Assembly: GCA_004356105.1 (NCBI GenBank)
Contig: SMYC01000026.1
Coordinates: 11,020-75,019 of the forward strand
Length of the DNA stretch: 64,000 nt
Source of the DNA: Acidobacteriota bacterium
Lineage (GTDB): Bacteria > Acidobacteriota > Vicinamibacteria > Marinacidobacterales > SMYC01
Reading direction: 5' to 3'
Shown: in pieces, positions 63,804 to 64,000 of the stretch
Layout: each line of letters begins with the position of its first letter
How positions within the stretch are numbered: the stretch's first letter is position 1
The notes under the pieces: generated by a model
What the model saw: only the letters and a program-made list of their open reading frames with translations
What the model was told of the DNA's origin: nothing
Databases searched by the model: none
Program-made: the position numbers and the translations under genes

Positions 63804-64000
63804 ATGACACGTCTCTCTCTGCTCGTCACCATCGCCATCGCGGTCGCGTTCGGAAGCTCGCCGCTCGAAGCCCATCCGGGCCACAAACATCTCGTGGCCG
63901 CTTCAGCCGTTGCTGCGTCCGGCGCTCGGTCCGCAGTTCCCGGCGGGATAAGCGGCCAGGGGGCCATGCGCTTCCGGGTTCTCTACACGAGCGAGCGACT
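63804..64000 (+). CDS. secreted His-rich protein, 5' partial (continues beyond window)
   Basis: MTRLSLLVTIAIAVAFGSSPLEAHPGHKHL... is a signal peptide. The ORF is open to the window end. Confidence 0.3.
   Translation, partial: MTRLSLLVTIAIAVAFGSSPLEAHPGHKHLVAASAVAASGARSAVPGGISGQGAMRFRVLYTSER

Overview
This is a 64 kb high-GC (roughly 65%) bacterial chromosomal segment. It is most likely acidobacterial, because it carries two Acidobacteria hallmarks: remnants of Ser/Thr-kinase/TolB-like (PD40) propeller genes, and fragments of ADOP (FtsX/MacB-type 'acidobacterial duplicated orphan permease') genes. I found no rRNA, tRNA or CRISPR.

The intact coding content is mostly peptide/amino-acid catabolism and secreted hydrolases:
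- an HpcH/HpaI aldolase, a class I/II aminotransferase, an amidase, two amidohydrolases, and M20, S9 and MlrC/M81 peptidases
- a secreted triple-RidA protein and a TrpB-like PLP enzyme
- a membrane-anchored glycerophosphodiester phosphodiesterase (GDPD)

There are also:
- a DUF1552/DUF1592-cytochrome/ankyrin cluster of the Planctomycete-type
- an rtcBA RNA-repair operon whose divergent RtcR regulator is reduced to a C-terminal stub
- feoAB
- a DUF5916 outer-membrane protein
- a very large hybrid sensor kinase with five tandem CHASE3 sensor modules
- two type II TA pairs (MazEF-like and VapBC-like)
- a merR-regulated metal-resistance locus at the 3' end: a beta-barrel outer-membrane protein, a Hg-type MerR, a MerT-MerP fusion, a Cys-rich protein, and a MerP-like HMA protein

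The most striking observation is in the MerP-like periplasmic protein. It has an in-frame TGA exactly at the first Cys of the GMTCxxC metal-binding motif, with a GC-rich hairpin 8-34 nt downstream. That is either a selenocysteine recoding site, a nonsense mutation, or a sequence error.

The window is also unusually rich in gene wreckage. At least ten otherwise recognisable genes carry single frameshifts. There are also many short remnants: Ser/Thr-kinase, PhoD, OsmC, HNH/DUF222, ADOP, DUF4143, RtcR, GNAT, DUF1254/1214, a histidine-kinase paralog, and a kinase-propeller mini-fusion. This points either to real pseudogene accumulation or to an error-prone assembly.
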